A DNA stretch of 63,896 nt, the filler included, from Vannella sp. (lineage: Eukaryota): NCBI GenBank assembly GCA_023345925.1. It is 9 parts of 9 records of this genome, joined end to end, with 100 filler letters (N's around TTAATTAATTAA, not from the genome) between each part and the next. Parts side by side here need not be neighbours in the genome. Positions count along the whole stretch, not along the records: positions 1 to 7,709 come from JAJQQN010000006.1; positions 7,810 to 16,123 come from JAJQQN010000967.1; 7 more parts are not named here. One strand, 5' to 3'. The translations under genes were made by a program, and so were the position numbers. Below the pieces are notes generated by a model. The model was not told where the DNA came from. It saw only the letters and a list, made by a program, of their open reading frames with translations, and ran no database searches. Shown piece after piece: positions 1-11,619 of the stretch (positions within the stretch are counted from its first letter, which is position 1; each line of letters opens with the position of its first letter).

Positions 1-91
1 CTCTCGCGAGCGTTTCAACGCCCATTTCGCGCGGACCAACCTCCCAGCCAAACCTTCTGGACTCGGGCCTGCGATTGCGAGCGAGTCAGCC

Positions 92-394
92 ATGACAGAG
101 TACAGGCTCGTAGTTGTTGGGAGGGAAATGGGTTGGCAAGACGTGGCTCACTCATAACCACTGCAACTTGTACCTGGTCTATGGCGAGTACGATCCCACC
201 ATCGGGGATTCCTTCCACAAAATGATGACTATCGATGACGAGACATGTCTGCTTGATGTTCTCGTTACTCGCGTTGGCTAACAACATGAGTACTCCATGC
301 GCGACCGGTACATGCGCTCTTCCGTAGGCTTCGTTTGCGCCTATTCCATCACTCCCGCACCTCCTTTGACGAGATGGCTCCTTACTACAAGCGA
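92..394 (+). pseudogene. Degenerate Ras-family GTPase fragment (pseudogene or error-rich contig end)
   Basis: Manual translation from ATG92: MTEYRLVVVG, frameshift near 120, GGKWVGKTWLT...GEYDPTIGDSFHKMMTIDDETCLLDVL, in-frame TAA 279-281, QHEYSMRDRYMRSSVGFVCAYSIT, frameshift near 353, SRTSFDEMAPYYKR. This follows the Ras N-terminal half (MTEYKLVVVG..EYDPTIEDS..CLLDILDTAG..YSAMRDQYMR). Confidence 0.8.
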
Positions 395-1737
395 ACATTG
401 AATCCATCCCCCTTTGTAACCAAGTAAGGGGCGCTGCCACCCGCTCCTCTTGCTGACCCCTCTCGCTGCAGAGTCGAAAGGACGCTCATTTCTTTGAGGG
501 AGCGGAAGAACTGCGCCACGAACAACTTCCTCAGCCTTGCCCAGGGGGATGAAGAGGTGGAGGTGAGACCTCTTCCGTTTACGTGGACCTCTCTCTCACC
601 CCTTCCCATCCAGCCTGACAGTCTGAAGACTCTACGAACAACAGGGACAGGATCCTGTGGTCCTCGTAACTTCTATGGCACACTGGACATCCACTTGCTG
701 CTAGAAGAGCGGATCACGCACTTCCTCAAGACGGAAAGCGCCATCCTCTACGCCTCTGGCCTCGCTACTACAGCTAGTGTGATCCCCACGTTTGCTGGAC
801 GCGGTGACTTCATCCTCAGCGATGCAAGAGTGCGCAAACCCATCCAAATCGGCAACTTCACCTCGCGAGCGACTGTCCAGTACTTCCAGCACAACGATGT
901 CAACCACCTCGAGGAGCTGATGATCAAGGTCGTGAACGAAGTCAAAGCAAAGGGCAGCAAGGAGGTCAGACGCTATGTAGTCGTCGAAGGACTCTACCAG
1001 AACTACGGTACGGTCTGCCGCTTGCCCGAGATCGTCGCTCTTTGCAAGCAGTACAAGTTTCGCATCATCCTTGATGATAGCAATGGCTTAGGCTCGCTGG
1101 GTGCCAACGGGAGAGGCACTTTAGAGCACTTTGGGATGGAGGTGAGTCTGTTTCCCCTCCCCTGTCAGAGGGGATCAGGACTGACCTCCTTTCTGTGTAG
1201 CCAAGCTGTGTACACATTGTGTGCGCGGATATCTCCAACAGCTTGGGCTCTTTAGGAGGCATCTGCGCTGGAAGGTCTGACATGGTTCGAGTGCAGAGAC
1301 TGAATGGATCTGGCTACATGTACTCCGCTTCTAATCCTCCATACACTGCTGCTGCCGCCGCGTCAGCGATCCTCCAGCTGGAGAATAAGCCTGATCTCGC
1401 CCCCAGCTTACAACGAAACTCGATCCTCCTCCATTCCCTCCTCTCTGTGATCCCTCAGCTGGAGATAGAGAGCTTCGAACAGAGCCCCTTTAAGATGGTT
1501 CGCTTAGTGAAGGCCAAACGGCCTCAAGAACCCATCGACGAAGTCAAGTTGTACCAGAAGATCGTCGACCTCGTTCGTTCTAAGGGCGTGGCGATCACAC
1601 GCTCCAAGTACTCTGACTCTGAGAACTTCCCTCCTCCTCCTCAGATCAAGGTCTGCGTGATGGCCCGTCACACAAAGGAGCAGTTGCAACAAGTGGCCCA
1701 AGCGATCAGAGATGCTCTCGATACGATCACCATTTAG
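374..1737 (+). CDS. SPTLC1: Serine palmitoyltransferase subunit 1 (LCB1-type), apparently lacking the usual N-terminal TM region; introns 424-471, 563-613, 1142-1200
   Basis: ATNNFLSL, GTGSCGPRNFYGTLDIH, VVEGLYQNYG, ILDDS..LG..GRG and GYMYSASNPP motifs. ADISNSLGSLGG lacks the PLP-binding Lys, as expected for LCB1. GT-AG introns join the ORFs in frame; the start is uncertain. Confidence 0.85.
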
Positions 1738-1767
1738 TCCTTTTGAATGTAGCTCCATAACTACTCT

Positions 1768-2850
1768 CTACTTCAAGGGTGGGAGGCCCAAGCTTATGCG
1801 CAATCGGTTGGTCTCTTCCACGCTCATCGACACTTCGCCCGCCTTTCCCTTGGATGGGGCGCTTTCCTTCTCCCTGCGAGGTGATCGCTGTCTGGGAGGG
1901 CGCTGGTATGGTCCATCTCGGTAGCTTCGTCTGTCGTCCCGAGGGGGGCTGCGGCGATGGTCCCTGTCGTGGCGGCTGGGGCGGGGAGGTGATCGCCTTG
2001 ATCTGTGAGAGTCCCTGTATCCACGTCTATCAGGAGAACGAGACCTTGATCTGTGACTACGGCTGTAACGAGAAGGACTGCGGGAGGGCGATCGCCTCCG
2101 AGGACTTGGAGAACGTCGACTCCTTGATCGCCTGGCTGGGCTTGGTGACCGGCTTGGAGTGCGAGAAGGAGATCTTCGAGACTGCTTCTTTCTCCAGCGC
2201 TCCCTCCTGGCCCGCTCCTTATACTTGGCCTCTAAATCGCTGTCATCATCACTGCTTCCGCTTTCGCTCTCTTTCTCTGTGATCTGGAAGGGTGCTAGAG
2301 CCTGTTTAGCTTCTTCTGTATCATCAAGTGGACTGACTCGAGGCTGAAGATCACCGTTCTCCACGAGAACATGGCGGCGGTTGAGGAAGGGTAAGGAAAT
2401 GTCGGAACTGTAGTTGTCAGGGGACAGGAGGTCCTCAATGAAGGTATCCATATGTACATGGATGTATCCTGTATCGGTTCTCTTGCGCATTTTGCGCATG
2501 TCAAGCAGCAGGGGCTCGAGATACTCGTAAATGTCCTTCGCACTCCCCACCAGTCGCAGGTAGAAGGCTCCCAAAGCCCTCACGTACTTGTAGTCCTCAT
2601 TCTTAATGAACTCCAACACAATCTCCCGCTCCGGCTGCATCTGCAGCATGGCCAAGACGAGGCAAATGAAGGGTGTAGGGGACTTGTTTCCACCAAAAGT
2701 GCCTCCCACGTGGTCCAACACCATCGCCCTCTCTGCCAAAGTCTCTTCTGTCAACCCAAAACAGAACTCTTTCCAATAGGCATTGCGGAAGATCCTCGCT
2801 TGAAGGATCTTCTCGACCAAGTTCATCGGGTCAACGTTCCTCCCCGACAT
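1768..2850 (-). CDS. PRPF38A: Pre-mRNA splicing factor 38A with RS-rich C-terminus
   Basis: NLVEKILQARIF..YWKEFCFGL, PTPFICLVLAMLQMQP, YKYVRALGAFYLRL; RS/SP repeats; terminal SVEETNRLRISLGLPPLK. Confidence 0.93.
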   Translation of the reverse strand: MSGRNVDPMNLVEKILQARIFRNAYWKEFCFGLTEETLAERAMVLDHVGGTFGGNKSPTPFICLVLAMLQMQPEREIVLEFIKNEDYKYVRALGAFYLRLVGSAKDIYEYLEPLLLDMRKMRKRTDTGYIHVHMDTFIEDLLSPDNYSSDISLPFLNRRHVLVENGDLQPRVSPLDDTEEAKQALAPFQITEKESESGSSDDDSDLEAKYKERARRERWRKKQSRRSPSRTPSRSPSPARRSRSRRSPSPRRRSPSRSPSRYSRSHRSRSRSPDRRGYRDSHRSRRSPPRPSRHDRDHRRSPPRDDRRSYRDGPYQRPPRQRSPRREKESAPSKGKAGEVSMSVEETNRLRISLGLPPLK

Positions 2851-3029
2851 GCCCTCAAAGAATGACCTTGGAGGAGAACATCAGCAAAATCAGCGCTTCC
2901 TGTCTCAACTTCCCTCTCACGCTTTCCTTTTGATCCCCAAGCTGACTGGCCACAGGGACTGACCTCCTTTGCAATGACCCAACTGGCTAAGTACCTCGAA
3001 GAACGACATTTCCCCATTCTTTATGGGCT

Positions 3030-4256
3030 CTACCGGATCCTCAATGGCTCAAGATCGGCCAGAGAGTACTAAACTTGTGTTAGGTAAGGCTGGGGGTAAA
3101 GGAGGTGACTTACTGTGGTGGCTCCTTGGAGGAGTTGGAGATGTTGGAGGTTGTGGATGGCTTGTTGGAACTCTCTGACACCAGGAGGAGACACTATCGG
3201 TGGGGAATCTATCACTGGGGTCTCCTCTTGGGGCACAGTGGAGCGGATACAAGAGCGATAAGCATTCTCTACGTTCTCGGAGATCATTCCAGCTTCAACC
3301 GCACTAGCAAGGCCATCTGAAGCAGTGCTGATACAAGAGAAGAACTCTGGATCTTCATTTCCACCTTCTTTGCCCTTCTCCTCAGGTCCATCCCGCTGTT
3401 TAGCCTCCTCCGCCGTTTCTTTCTCCTTTCGAAGAGCCTCCTCCTTGACTACTAGATCATCTGATGCCACAAGGGGACTCTTTGGTTGAGTAGATACGCG
3501 GTTAGGAGGTTGAGGGTAGTAGCTAGCGTCCATAGTATCGACTTTGAGAACCAGAGGGATCTGCAAGGAGTTTGTGAGCAAATCACGAGGTTGTTTGAGC
3601 GGAAGACGTACAGAGTAGCCACTGCACTCTCTTAGGAACTCTAACTGAACGGAAATCTTCCCCAGAGAGGGATCCTGGGCTTGTGCAATGGGAAGAATCC
3701 TCCCCACCTTGTTAAACGTCGCAACAGGCTCGGAGCTGATTTGATAGGAGACAGAGAACTCATTAGGCTTTGAGAAGAGCACTTGACACAGGTCAGAAGC
3801 AGGGAGAAGCTGCAGAGCAGCCAATATTGCCCTCAAGAACTGCCGTTTCTCTGGAACCTCAGACCACTTCCTTGTCTGAGGCTCTTTGATTGGTGGAGTA
3901 TAGCTCAGATGCCACTTCTCCAAAAGGATCTTCCGAGGAATGCCCTTCGCAGGGGAGGATTGCACCCAAACGTTGATGAACAGATCCAACGCCGACAGGG
4001 CGCTGTCCAGACGTGCAGACTCCAAGAAGGCCGTCCTGAATGCTTCGTACAAAGGCACATGCATTCCGTTCTATGTGGTGAGTCAGAGGAGGACAGACAG
4101 GCAAGTAAGCAAGGACAAAGTCCAAAAGTCCCTCACCGAGGTTTCCATCGCGACTGGATGAACATCGCGCACAATAGAGCGATGGGCCAGGACCAAGTGC
4201 GTCGCTAACTCAAAGAGCGAGAGGATCTCTGTCAAGGGCAGCTCCTCGTCGGCCAT
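3030..4256 (-). CDS. ATG13-like HORMA-domain protein; introns 4071-4136 and 3069-3113
   Basis: Upstream exon from ATG4256 (MADEELPLTEILSLFELATHLVLAHR) splices in frame to ORF 3069-4064. ILLEKWHLSY and LRAILAALQLLPA resemble the Atg13 HORMA domain, followed by a disordered C-terminus. Confidence 0.55.
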
Positions 4257-4347
4257 GGCGAGGGTGCAAGGGGAAATGCTCGTTGGTTCGTGCGAAAAGG
4301 ATTTAGTGGAACAGAGGAGAAGCCTCCTTGGGGACCAGGAGTGCCCA

Positions 4348-7064
4348 TTAGGTGGTTAAGATGTTGGGGATCACACTGGGGGCACCAGCAATGGGAGCGG
4401 TGGTGTCGGGGATGTTAGGGTTGGGGAGAGGGACTACTTTGCCCTCGGACGTGATCTCGTAGGGATACTTCATCAGATGACCATGGGGCTCCATGTCAAC
4501 GACCTCGTCGCCAGTGAACAGCTCCCAGTTCTTCTTGGCGATCTCGTTGATGGTGCGGGCGCATTGAGGGGACTCGGGCTCCAAGAAGCAGGGGAGGTCA
4601 CGGCGCAAGTGAGAAGACCACAAACCAACGCGGAAGGCGTGGATGTCTCCACGAGGCTTGTGTCCACTGGTAGGTCCAGTGTAGTGTGGTTGGTAGGCGC
4701 CAATGGCGATTTCGCTGTCTCTGTTACCAGACAAAGAGCGCTCGTTGATGTTAGCAGAGCCAACAATGATGTAGTCGTCGTCTACGATCATCATCTTGGA
4801 GTGAACGTAGATGGCAAAGCGGCGGGAGGCATTCAAGAGGGCTTGGTTGGGGCGAGTCTGCTGGTTGAAGTCACCACCAACCGCTTGGGATCCCTCTACA
4901 GTCTCGCGCTGGCCCATGCAGTAGAAGTTAAGATAGTCCTCAGGGGAGTACTCGCCCAGCATGTTCTCTTCCTTCAGCGCGCGGTGGATGCGCGCATACA
5001 TGAAGCTGACTGTCTTTTGCTGCCAATTGAGGATGGCTTGCACAGCACCATCCGCAGGGATACCTTCTGGATACATAGGGAGGAGGACATAGACCGTGAA
5101 GGGGCGCTTCTGATGAATGAAGTCGACAATCTTCATGGTCAGCTCCAAAGGAACCAAGTTGTTGCACTCAATGCCTTTGCCTTCCCCGTTCTCCCAGGCC
5201 TGAGCACTTCCGAGGAAGTACTGGTTCTCAATGAAGATGAACTGGTTGGCCCGTCGGATGTGATGGATGTAAGCGGCTTGGATGGAACTGTCCACAGGGT
5301 CGTCATTCTCCATACGAGCGGAGTACTTGTCGATGGAACGGAACAGCTGGACAGACCAGGAGTTCCAGTGATTCACATCGAAGGCGTCTTGCTCCGCTGG
5401 GAGGATGGGAAGCTCTTCAAGGTCCACAAGCTTGCGAGCGTGGTTGGAAGCTTGTTTCCTCCACCGTTGCTCAAAGTTTCGCATCACATCACGGGCAATG
5501 GGCCCTTCCACACGAGAGTGGATGTCGTGCCATGGCTCGCGAGGTCCGAACTCTCTCGTGACGCCTGGCCAGACTTGATGGAAGTCCGTCTTGTGGTGAG
5601 TCTCCAACGTACGGTAGAGAGTGTGTTGAGGAGTATCCCAACGGCCATCACACAGATCGAGACCTCCCACAAAGGCAATGATTCGGCGAGTGGCATTCTC
5701 GTCCGCATCCTTGGAACGGGGGCTGTCGAGAATGATGGACTTCTGGTGGTGCGTCCACATGAACTGGCTTCCAGAACCCACCGCACCATCGCGGAAAGCA
5801 AGGTGGCAGTGAACATTCGAGTTCTCAAAGTAGGTGCGCGTGATCTCGTCGTGAGTGAACATCAATCCTTCCTTCTGAGCAGAGACAGACGTGGCTTCGT
5901 TCCAAAGCAAGAGGAGAACCACCACTCCTTCCTTCGACTTTCTCTTCAGAAGCTCTCCGATGGTGAACATGCCCTGATCCGTCTCATCCTCTGGTCCTAC
6001 ACCGTTCTTCCAAATGGGCTTCTCTCGTAGCAAGGAGATGGAGGTATCCACAGACCACCCAGTGATGTAGATAAAGTGCTTCGCGTGAAGGATCGCCTTG
6101 TAGATCTTCTCCCAGCAGTTGCGGCGCTTGTACGTCCAAACATCGGCGGGGGGATCATCCAAACGATGACGATGCACAATGTGAGAGTCGATAGCTCCAG
6201 TGAGGCCTGAAAGTCCGAGGTGCTTCTTCTTCTTCTTCTTTTTCTTCTCCTCAGGGGTGGCGGGGTCGGCGGAGCGCGTCTTCTCCTTCAACTCTTTCTT
6301 CTCCTCCTTCTCTTTCGCGCGCTTCTCTTTGTCTACCAGCTTCTGCTTCTTCCTCTTCAGCTTGTCGTTGTCGACCGCGGATTCTGCGCCAGCTTCCGAG
6401 GCGATAACTTCAACAGAGTGGACGACAGGGGTGACGCGCACCTCTGGCAGAAGAGCTGCAGACTCTCCAATGTGAGCGTCTTGGAAGAGCTCCACACGGC
6501 AGCCCTTTCGGCAGGGGAAGCTGACGTTGGGGACCTCAAAGGAAGTGAACAAAGCTTCTGTACTGGTGAACTTGAGCTTGATCTTGAGGGTGCCATAGGA
6601 TCCCTTCGCTGCTGAACCAGGCTTGGGACCGAGAGTGAGAGAAGTGCGTAGTTTTCCTTCATTTCCTGTTAACACTGACAAAGTTTTCGCAAGGGGAGGA
6701 TGTACGAACCTCCTTCCTTTAGGAAGCCCTCTAGATTGATGGCAGCGTAACCCAGCAAGTCGTCACGAACTGCAACGTCCTTGTCGTAGACCTTGAAGAC
6801 AAGGTCGTGGTATCTGCCGTTGACGGAGAGCTCGAACACTGGAAGAGAGGTTAGGCAGGTTGTTGATTGTCAAAGGGGAAGCTTACCTTCATCAAAGACG
6901 GGATTGAGGTCGTCGTTCTTTACATGAGTGCGACAAAGATTGTTTTTGTCCAAAAGAACGCGAACGTAAGGGTCACTCTTGCCTCCCAAGTCTGCATTCT
7001 TCAAGCCAGTTGCACTCGTAATGGTGACAGTCAAAGAGCCATACAGCAGCGTCAAGTCCGCCAT
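4348..7064 (-). CDS. Plant-type (C2 + two HKD) phospholipase D; introns 6839-6886 and 6666-6709
   Basis: N-terminal C2 domain (LLYGSLTVTITSATGLKNADLGGKSDPYV). HKD motifs THHQKSIILD and VHSKMMIVDD; also GGLDLCDGRWDTP, PREPWHDIH, FIENQYFLGS, RDSEIAIGAYQP, GHLMKYP. Confidence 0.93.
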
Positions 7065-7294
7065 CCCCAACACTCAAAAAATGAACCAACCAACCGCCAT
7101 TTTGCGGCCAAGGCAACAACCGTCGACCAATCAAAGTGGTTCCCATCTTCGATCTTGATTGAGTGCGTAAAGGTTGATTAGAACAACTGTGGACAGATTT
7201 TGGTTCACTTTTGGACGGATTTGGGTATTCATGGGGGATCGGAGAGAATTCTGGGAGAAAGCAATCATTTGTTGTGACCCACCTGGCCGGTGGC

Positions 7295-7709
7295 ATGTGG
7301 TGGTTCTTTGTGTTTGTGTGGGCTATGCCATTCATGTGCGTGGGCGAGGTGTCGGCGGGTGAGATCACCTTTTATGTGGATGCGTTGGCTGGAGAGGGAG
7401 GAGACGGCAGTCAGAATCATCCGTTTGGCTCTCTTCAAAAGGCCCTCTCTGCCTCTGAGGGCAGCTTGAAGATCATTGTGGGGTCTGGAATGTACTCTGG
7501 ACCCAATAACCTGAACCAAGTGTGCGCCAGAGTGATTCATATCGAGGCTCTGGTCTTTGCTTCCGTAACTAGGACACCTTTCGTGTCCACTAGTCCTTCT
7601 CCTTCTTCATCCAAGGATCAAGCTTCTGCTTACCCCTTTGTCAATGGACCTGTCATATTCGAGGGAGCCCAGGCGTCAGGACCCAACATTGCCTTCGAAG
7701 TGCAGCAAG
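7295..7709 (+). CDS. Secreted/surface protein with DUF1565/beta-helix-like N-terminus (3' truncated by contig end)
   Basis: Hydrophobic signal-like start MWWFFVFVWAM; FYVD...GDGSQNHPFGSLQKAL...IIVGSGMYSG motif. Confidence 0.55.
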
Positions 7710-7809
7710 NNNNNNNNNNNNNNNNNNNNNNNNNNNNNNNNNNNNNNNNNNNNTTAATTAATTAANNNNNNNNNNNNNNNNNNNNNNNNNNNNNNNNNNN
7801 NNNNNNNNN
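7710..7809. other. Artificial contig linker (44N-TTAATTAATTAA-44N)
   Basis: Identical 100-nt spacer with stops in all six frames, seen 8 times in the window. Confidence 0.98.
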
Positions 7810-8424
7810 TTGAGTGGTTTGAAAGCTGCTTTGGTCCACCCTGGCACGCGAAGGTGGCTGTCTTTGAGTGCTGGATTGGTGTTTTGCTTCTGGCTCGTGC
7901 GATCCAACGTGCCCTTGGCTAACAAGGAGCTATTTGGGGTCACTTCAAAGGGAAATGGTGTGTTTATGTCCAGTCTTGGAGTGGCCAGCGTTGTCACACA
8001 ATCGATGGCACTTCCGTTGCTCACTCAATATGTGCAATCCACTCGCTCCCAGATTGTATGTGGATGCGGTATCCTTGTTATAGCTTACCTGGGGAATGCT
8101 GCTGCTCCCACATTCGAGTGGGCCCTTCTCTCTGTGTGCGCAATGGTTCTGGGATAGGGAATGATGAGTACTATCATCACTGCTCGATACTCTCAGGAGC
8201 TTCAAGGACAAGTTGGGAGTGGAATGGGTGTCTTCAGCGCCTTGCAATCACTTGTTGGTGTCATTGCTCCGATCCTCGGTGGGGTCATGTACCAACAAGG
8301 AGGCCCTACCCTTTCCTCTATTTGTGCAGGGGTTCTCTCCGCCATCATCCTTCTGTGGGCCCTCACCGCTTCTATCCCACCTCTTCCATCCTCCCGTGAT
8401 ACTTCAACTAAAAAACACTCTTAA
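7810..8424 (+). CDS. MFS transporter C-terminal half (5' truncated), interrupted by in-frame TAG at 8155-8157
   Basis: Multiple TM helices; ELQGQVGSG..ALQSLVGVIAPILGGVMY is a typical MFS (TetA/MFSD-like) C-terminal motif. ORFs 7810-8157 and 8161-8424 share one frame. Confidence 0.7.
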
Positions 8425-8632
8425 CTCTTTTCCTTGGCAGTCTTGTATTTATTTCAGCAACGGATTTGTTTCACAATCACTCTGCCAGTAGATAGAAAAG
8501 TCAGGGAATTTTCCAGCCACACCAACACCCCCAAAAAAGGAAAGCTTCTTTGCCGTGGTTGGTCAGTTTTGGTTGCCTAGCAACTTGCATGATAAAAGGG
8601 TTCGTTTCTCTCTTATGGTTCACTCTTAATTT

Positions 8633-9088
8633 ATGCACTCCTCTGCAACTCTCCTTGTTCTCTCCCTTCTCTTCGTGGGAAGTTTCTCCATCATGATGGC
8701 TCTGCCCAACTGCTCTTCCGACAGCGATTGCGCTTCGAAGACCGAGTTCTGTGCGTACAACTTCAACGGCTGTGACTCCTCTGCTGGTGGTTACTGCACT
8801 GCCATCCCTGAAGCTTGCACAGCTGACTTCACCCCTGCATGTGGCTGCGATGGGCTCACATACGGCAACACATGCTCTGTGACAGCTGCCGGCGTCTCCA
8901 TTTTCTCCGAGAAGGCCTGCTCTGATGAGCCTGGAACTGGATCGTACAACATTCTCGCGGACAACGGATCCAAATCTTACATCAAGAACAACCAAATCAA
9001 CGGCAACAGCAACTCCAACGACAACAGCGGCGCCCCAATCGCCTCCCTCGCCGTGGCTGTCGCTGGCTTGGCTGTTTTGGTCATGTAA
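8633..9088 (+). CDS. Secreted Kazal-domain protein, probably GPI-anchored
   Basis: Signal peptide; CTADFTPACGCDGLTYGNTC..AAGVSIFSEKAC Kazal pattern; Asn-rich linker and hydrophobic C-terminus. Confidence 0.75.
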   Translation: MHSSATLLVLSLLFVGSFSIMMALPNCSSDSDCASKTEFCAYNFNGCDSSAGGYCTAIPEACTADFTPACGCDGLTYGNTCSVTAAGVSIFSEKACSDEPGTGSYNILADNGSKSYIKNNQINGNSNSNDNSGAPIASLAVAVAGLAVLVM

Positions 9089-9149
9089 ATGGTATAAACG
9101 AATCATTTTACCATTCCTCCCCCGTCTAATACTCTCAAAGTTCACCCAT

Positions 9150-9440
9150 TGATGCCCTTGGGCCACCACACACTCCTCCTTGGAAGGAGACCTCTGTGGG
9201 CTTTTGGTGGCAATAACATGTGGACAGCTCGGTCACAAGAAACCAACGAGAGCCAGAAGGTGTCCTGTGATGGCCCGTAACCCGGTTCAGATGGACTGGG
9301 ATTGAACCACTCCCTCGTTCTTGGTGCAGAGGGCGGTTAGTGGGAAGCTGGTCGTTCGCGCGGTACCATCTCCTCTCTTGCCTTCCAGCAAGTCCCAGAA
9401 CCTCCTTGGTGGCTGCTGGCAAGTTTCCCAGCGACCTCTC
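9150..9440 (+). pseudogene. Degenerate RCC1-repeat gene remnant
   Basis: Fragments in shifting frames: GHHTLLL..GDL/AFGGN/GQLGH, then GLNHSLVLGAEGG*WEAGRS..., then LVAAG. These match the RCC1 blade consensus, with stops and frameshifts. Boundaries are approximate. Confidence 0.5.
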
Positions 9441-9691
9441 GTGGTTCTTCCACAACGAGGAGAGGGCCTCTCCACTCCTTAAGGTACCTTGCGGAGACAA
9501 CTTGAATCGATCCTTGTCCAGGTGCCAGAGCGCTCTGGAGGATCCTCAACTCTACCAAAGCACCCACCCACTCCCCTCTCAGACCAGCTCTCCCTCATTC
9601 GTGCCGTAGCAGGCTCGAGAGAGCGCTACATTCTGACTAAACACGACGAAGGACCTACAAGTGCTTCAGAAGCCACTTTCTCGCGGGCTCG

Positions 9692-10370
9692 ATGTTGGCG
9701 CGGGTGCCTCGCCTCGTCGGAGGGACAACAGGAGTCCTCATTTGCGACGTACAGGAGCGGTTTAGAGGGCTTATTCACAACATGCCGAGTATCATACGGT
9801 CAGCTGGGATGTTGGTACGTTATGAAGGGGGGAAACTGACCCTCCGCCCACTCCCCGGCTGATGAAGGGCAGGTTCAAGCTGCTCAGCTGTTGAAACTGC
9901 CTGTAGTAGTGACAGAGCAGTATCCAAAGGCTTTTGGAGGTACTGTTGCTGAAGTGGGAGTCCCAACACTCTCTAAAGAAGACGGGTTCAGACCAATCGT
10001 CCGTCCTGGCCTCGCAGTCTTCCCAAAGACTCAATTCTCGATGTTCACTGAAGAAGTAGATGTGTATCTTAGCTCCCTAGATACACCGAGGCAATCCTTC
10101 ATCCTTTGCGGCATCGAAACGCACATCTGTGTGCAGCAGACAGCCCTTCACCTCCTAGAAAAGGGGTTCCAAGTCCACATCGTCGCAGACGGAGTCTCTT
10201 CTTCTCATAGAGCAGATCGTAACACAGCTTTGGATGCTCTGAGACAAGCAGGAGCGTTCGTTACCTCCACAGAATCAGTCCTCTTCGAACTCATGCGAGA
10301 CTCAACGCATCCTTCCTTCAAAGAAATGTCGCGCGTTATCTCTACTCCCCGCGTAGACCCTTTTGAGTAA
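9692..10370 (+). CDS. Isochorismatase-domain protein (ISOC1/2-like); intron 9815-9872
   Basis: LICDVQERF, VVVTEQYPKAFG, FPKTQFSM, CGIETHICVQQT, VADGVSS, ESVLFELM. Confidence 0.9.
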
Positions 10371-10525
10371 AGCAGGGCTCCAGAGATTCCTCCAAAACAA
10401 AAGTCAATACATGAAAGTGACTTGGCCCTGGAAGCTTTGATTGGCCTGATGAGTCATGTGATGAGGACTGTATTGCTCAAGTGAGAAAGCGAGTCTATAG
10501 TGGAACGTGCTCTCCGTGGAGGGCT

Positions 10526-11243
10526 CTAATCATAAAGTGCGGAGAGAAGAGTCGCAAAGGATTCGACAAAACAGTCCGCTTGCTGTCGCACAACGTCACG
10601 AGCGACGTTACCTCCAAAGCCAATGAAGAGATCGACCTCAGGCTTGGCTTCAAGGTCCGTTGCGCCGTCCCCAATGTGGATGATGGCGCCTCCCTCTTTC
10701 TTGATGAGGCGAAGAACGTCGAGCTTACCACCAGAGCGAGATGTAGCACGGTCTTCAAAGGACAAGTAGCGTCCTTCAGCGTCGAATGTGAGGCGATTGG
10801 CGAACACACGACCTTCGGGAATGTTCAAGATCCGTGTGGTGGGCAAGATCAGCTCTTCGAAGCCACCAGAGATGACGTAAACCTGTTTACCTTGCTTGTG
10901 AAGCAGATCTATGAGCTCTTTGACCCCATCTGATAGGGAAAGGGAGAGCGGATCGGCAGCGATCTGGTGTACGAGCTCTTGGGTAGGTCGGATGATGTCC
11001 AAGCGGTTCTGTAACGCCTCAGTGAATCCCATTGTCCCATTCATGGCTCGATTAGTCCTAGAGAGCAGTGAGTGAGTACCAACTGATCCCCACACACCCT
11101 TACATCGCCTCCACCTCCGCCTCCACACCAGCAGCCCGTGCCAGAAGCTCAATCCCTTCCTCTCTCACGATCGTGCTATCGAAATCGAAGCACACCAGCC
11201 TCGAATCCCTCCACACAGCCAACACATCTCCCGACAGCGCCAT
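10526..11243 (-). CDS. PSPH: Phosphoserine phosphatase (HAD); intron 11058-11103
   Basis: Exon 1 VCFDFDSTIVREEGIELLA; ISGGF; GGKL; IGDGATDLEA; FIGFGGNVAR. Confidence 0.9.
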
Positions 11244-11619
11244 CACTCAAGTCGGACCTTCAGAAAATGATGAAAACTACTAAAACATTCAAAATCACCA
11301 TTCATGCCTTTTTAGCGATATCCTAGGCGGTGAAGCCTTTTTCACTATGAGCCCTAAGTGGGCTTGAGGGGCAGACCGCCTGAATTTGAACGAATGCCGA
11401 AAGGGACGTTCATCTGTTGTGATACGTGAATAACTGGACAGGAGTCTAGTTGGGGAAACGGATCGACCTGTTTAGTCGAACCCCCATAAGCCGCCGTCAA
11501 TGTCGAAGGGGACGCCATAAGAGGTTCAAAAGGGAGACCTAAAACGGGTTGACGTGACAAAACTATGTATTACAAGGGTCTCGTATGGTACAGAAGAGGC
11601 GGGAAAGAGTTACGCGGCC

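Noticed and set aside
4477..6030. 517-aa + strand ORF and other long antisense ORFs
   Set aside because: Shadow frames of real genes (here PLD) with biased codon usage; no recognisable motifs.
8155..8157. Alternative genetic code (TAG reassigned)
   Set aside because: TAG, TAA and TGA all terminate conserved genes in this window, and the other apparent internal stops fall in introns or decayed regions.
10446..10490. CTGATGAG as a hammerhead ribozyme core or snoRNA box C
   Set aside because: The GTC/GAC stem is not followed by GAAA, and no convincing box D with terminal stem was found.
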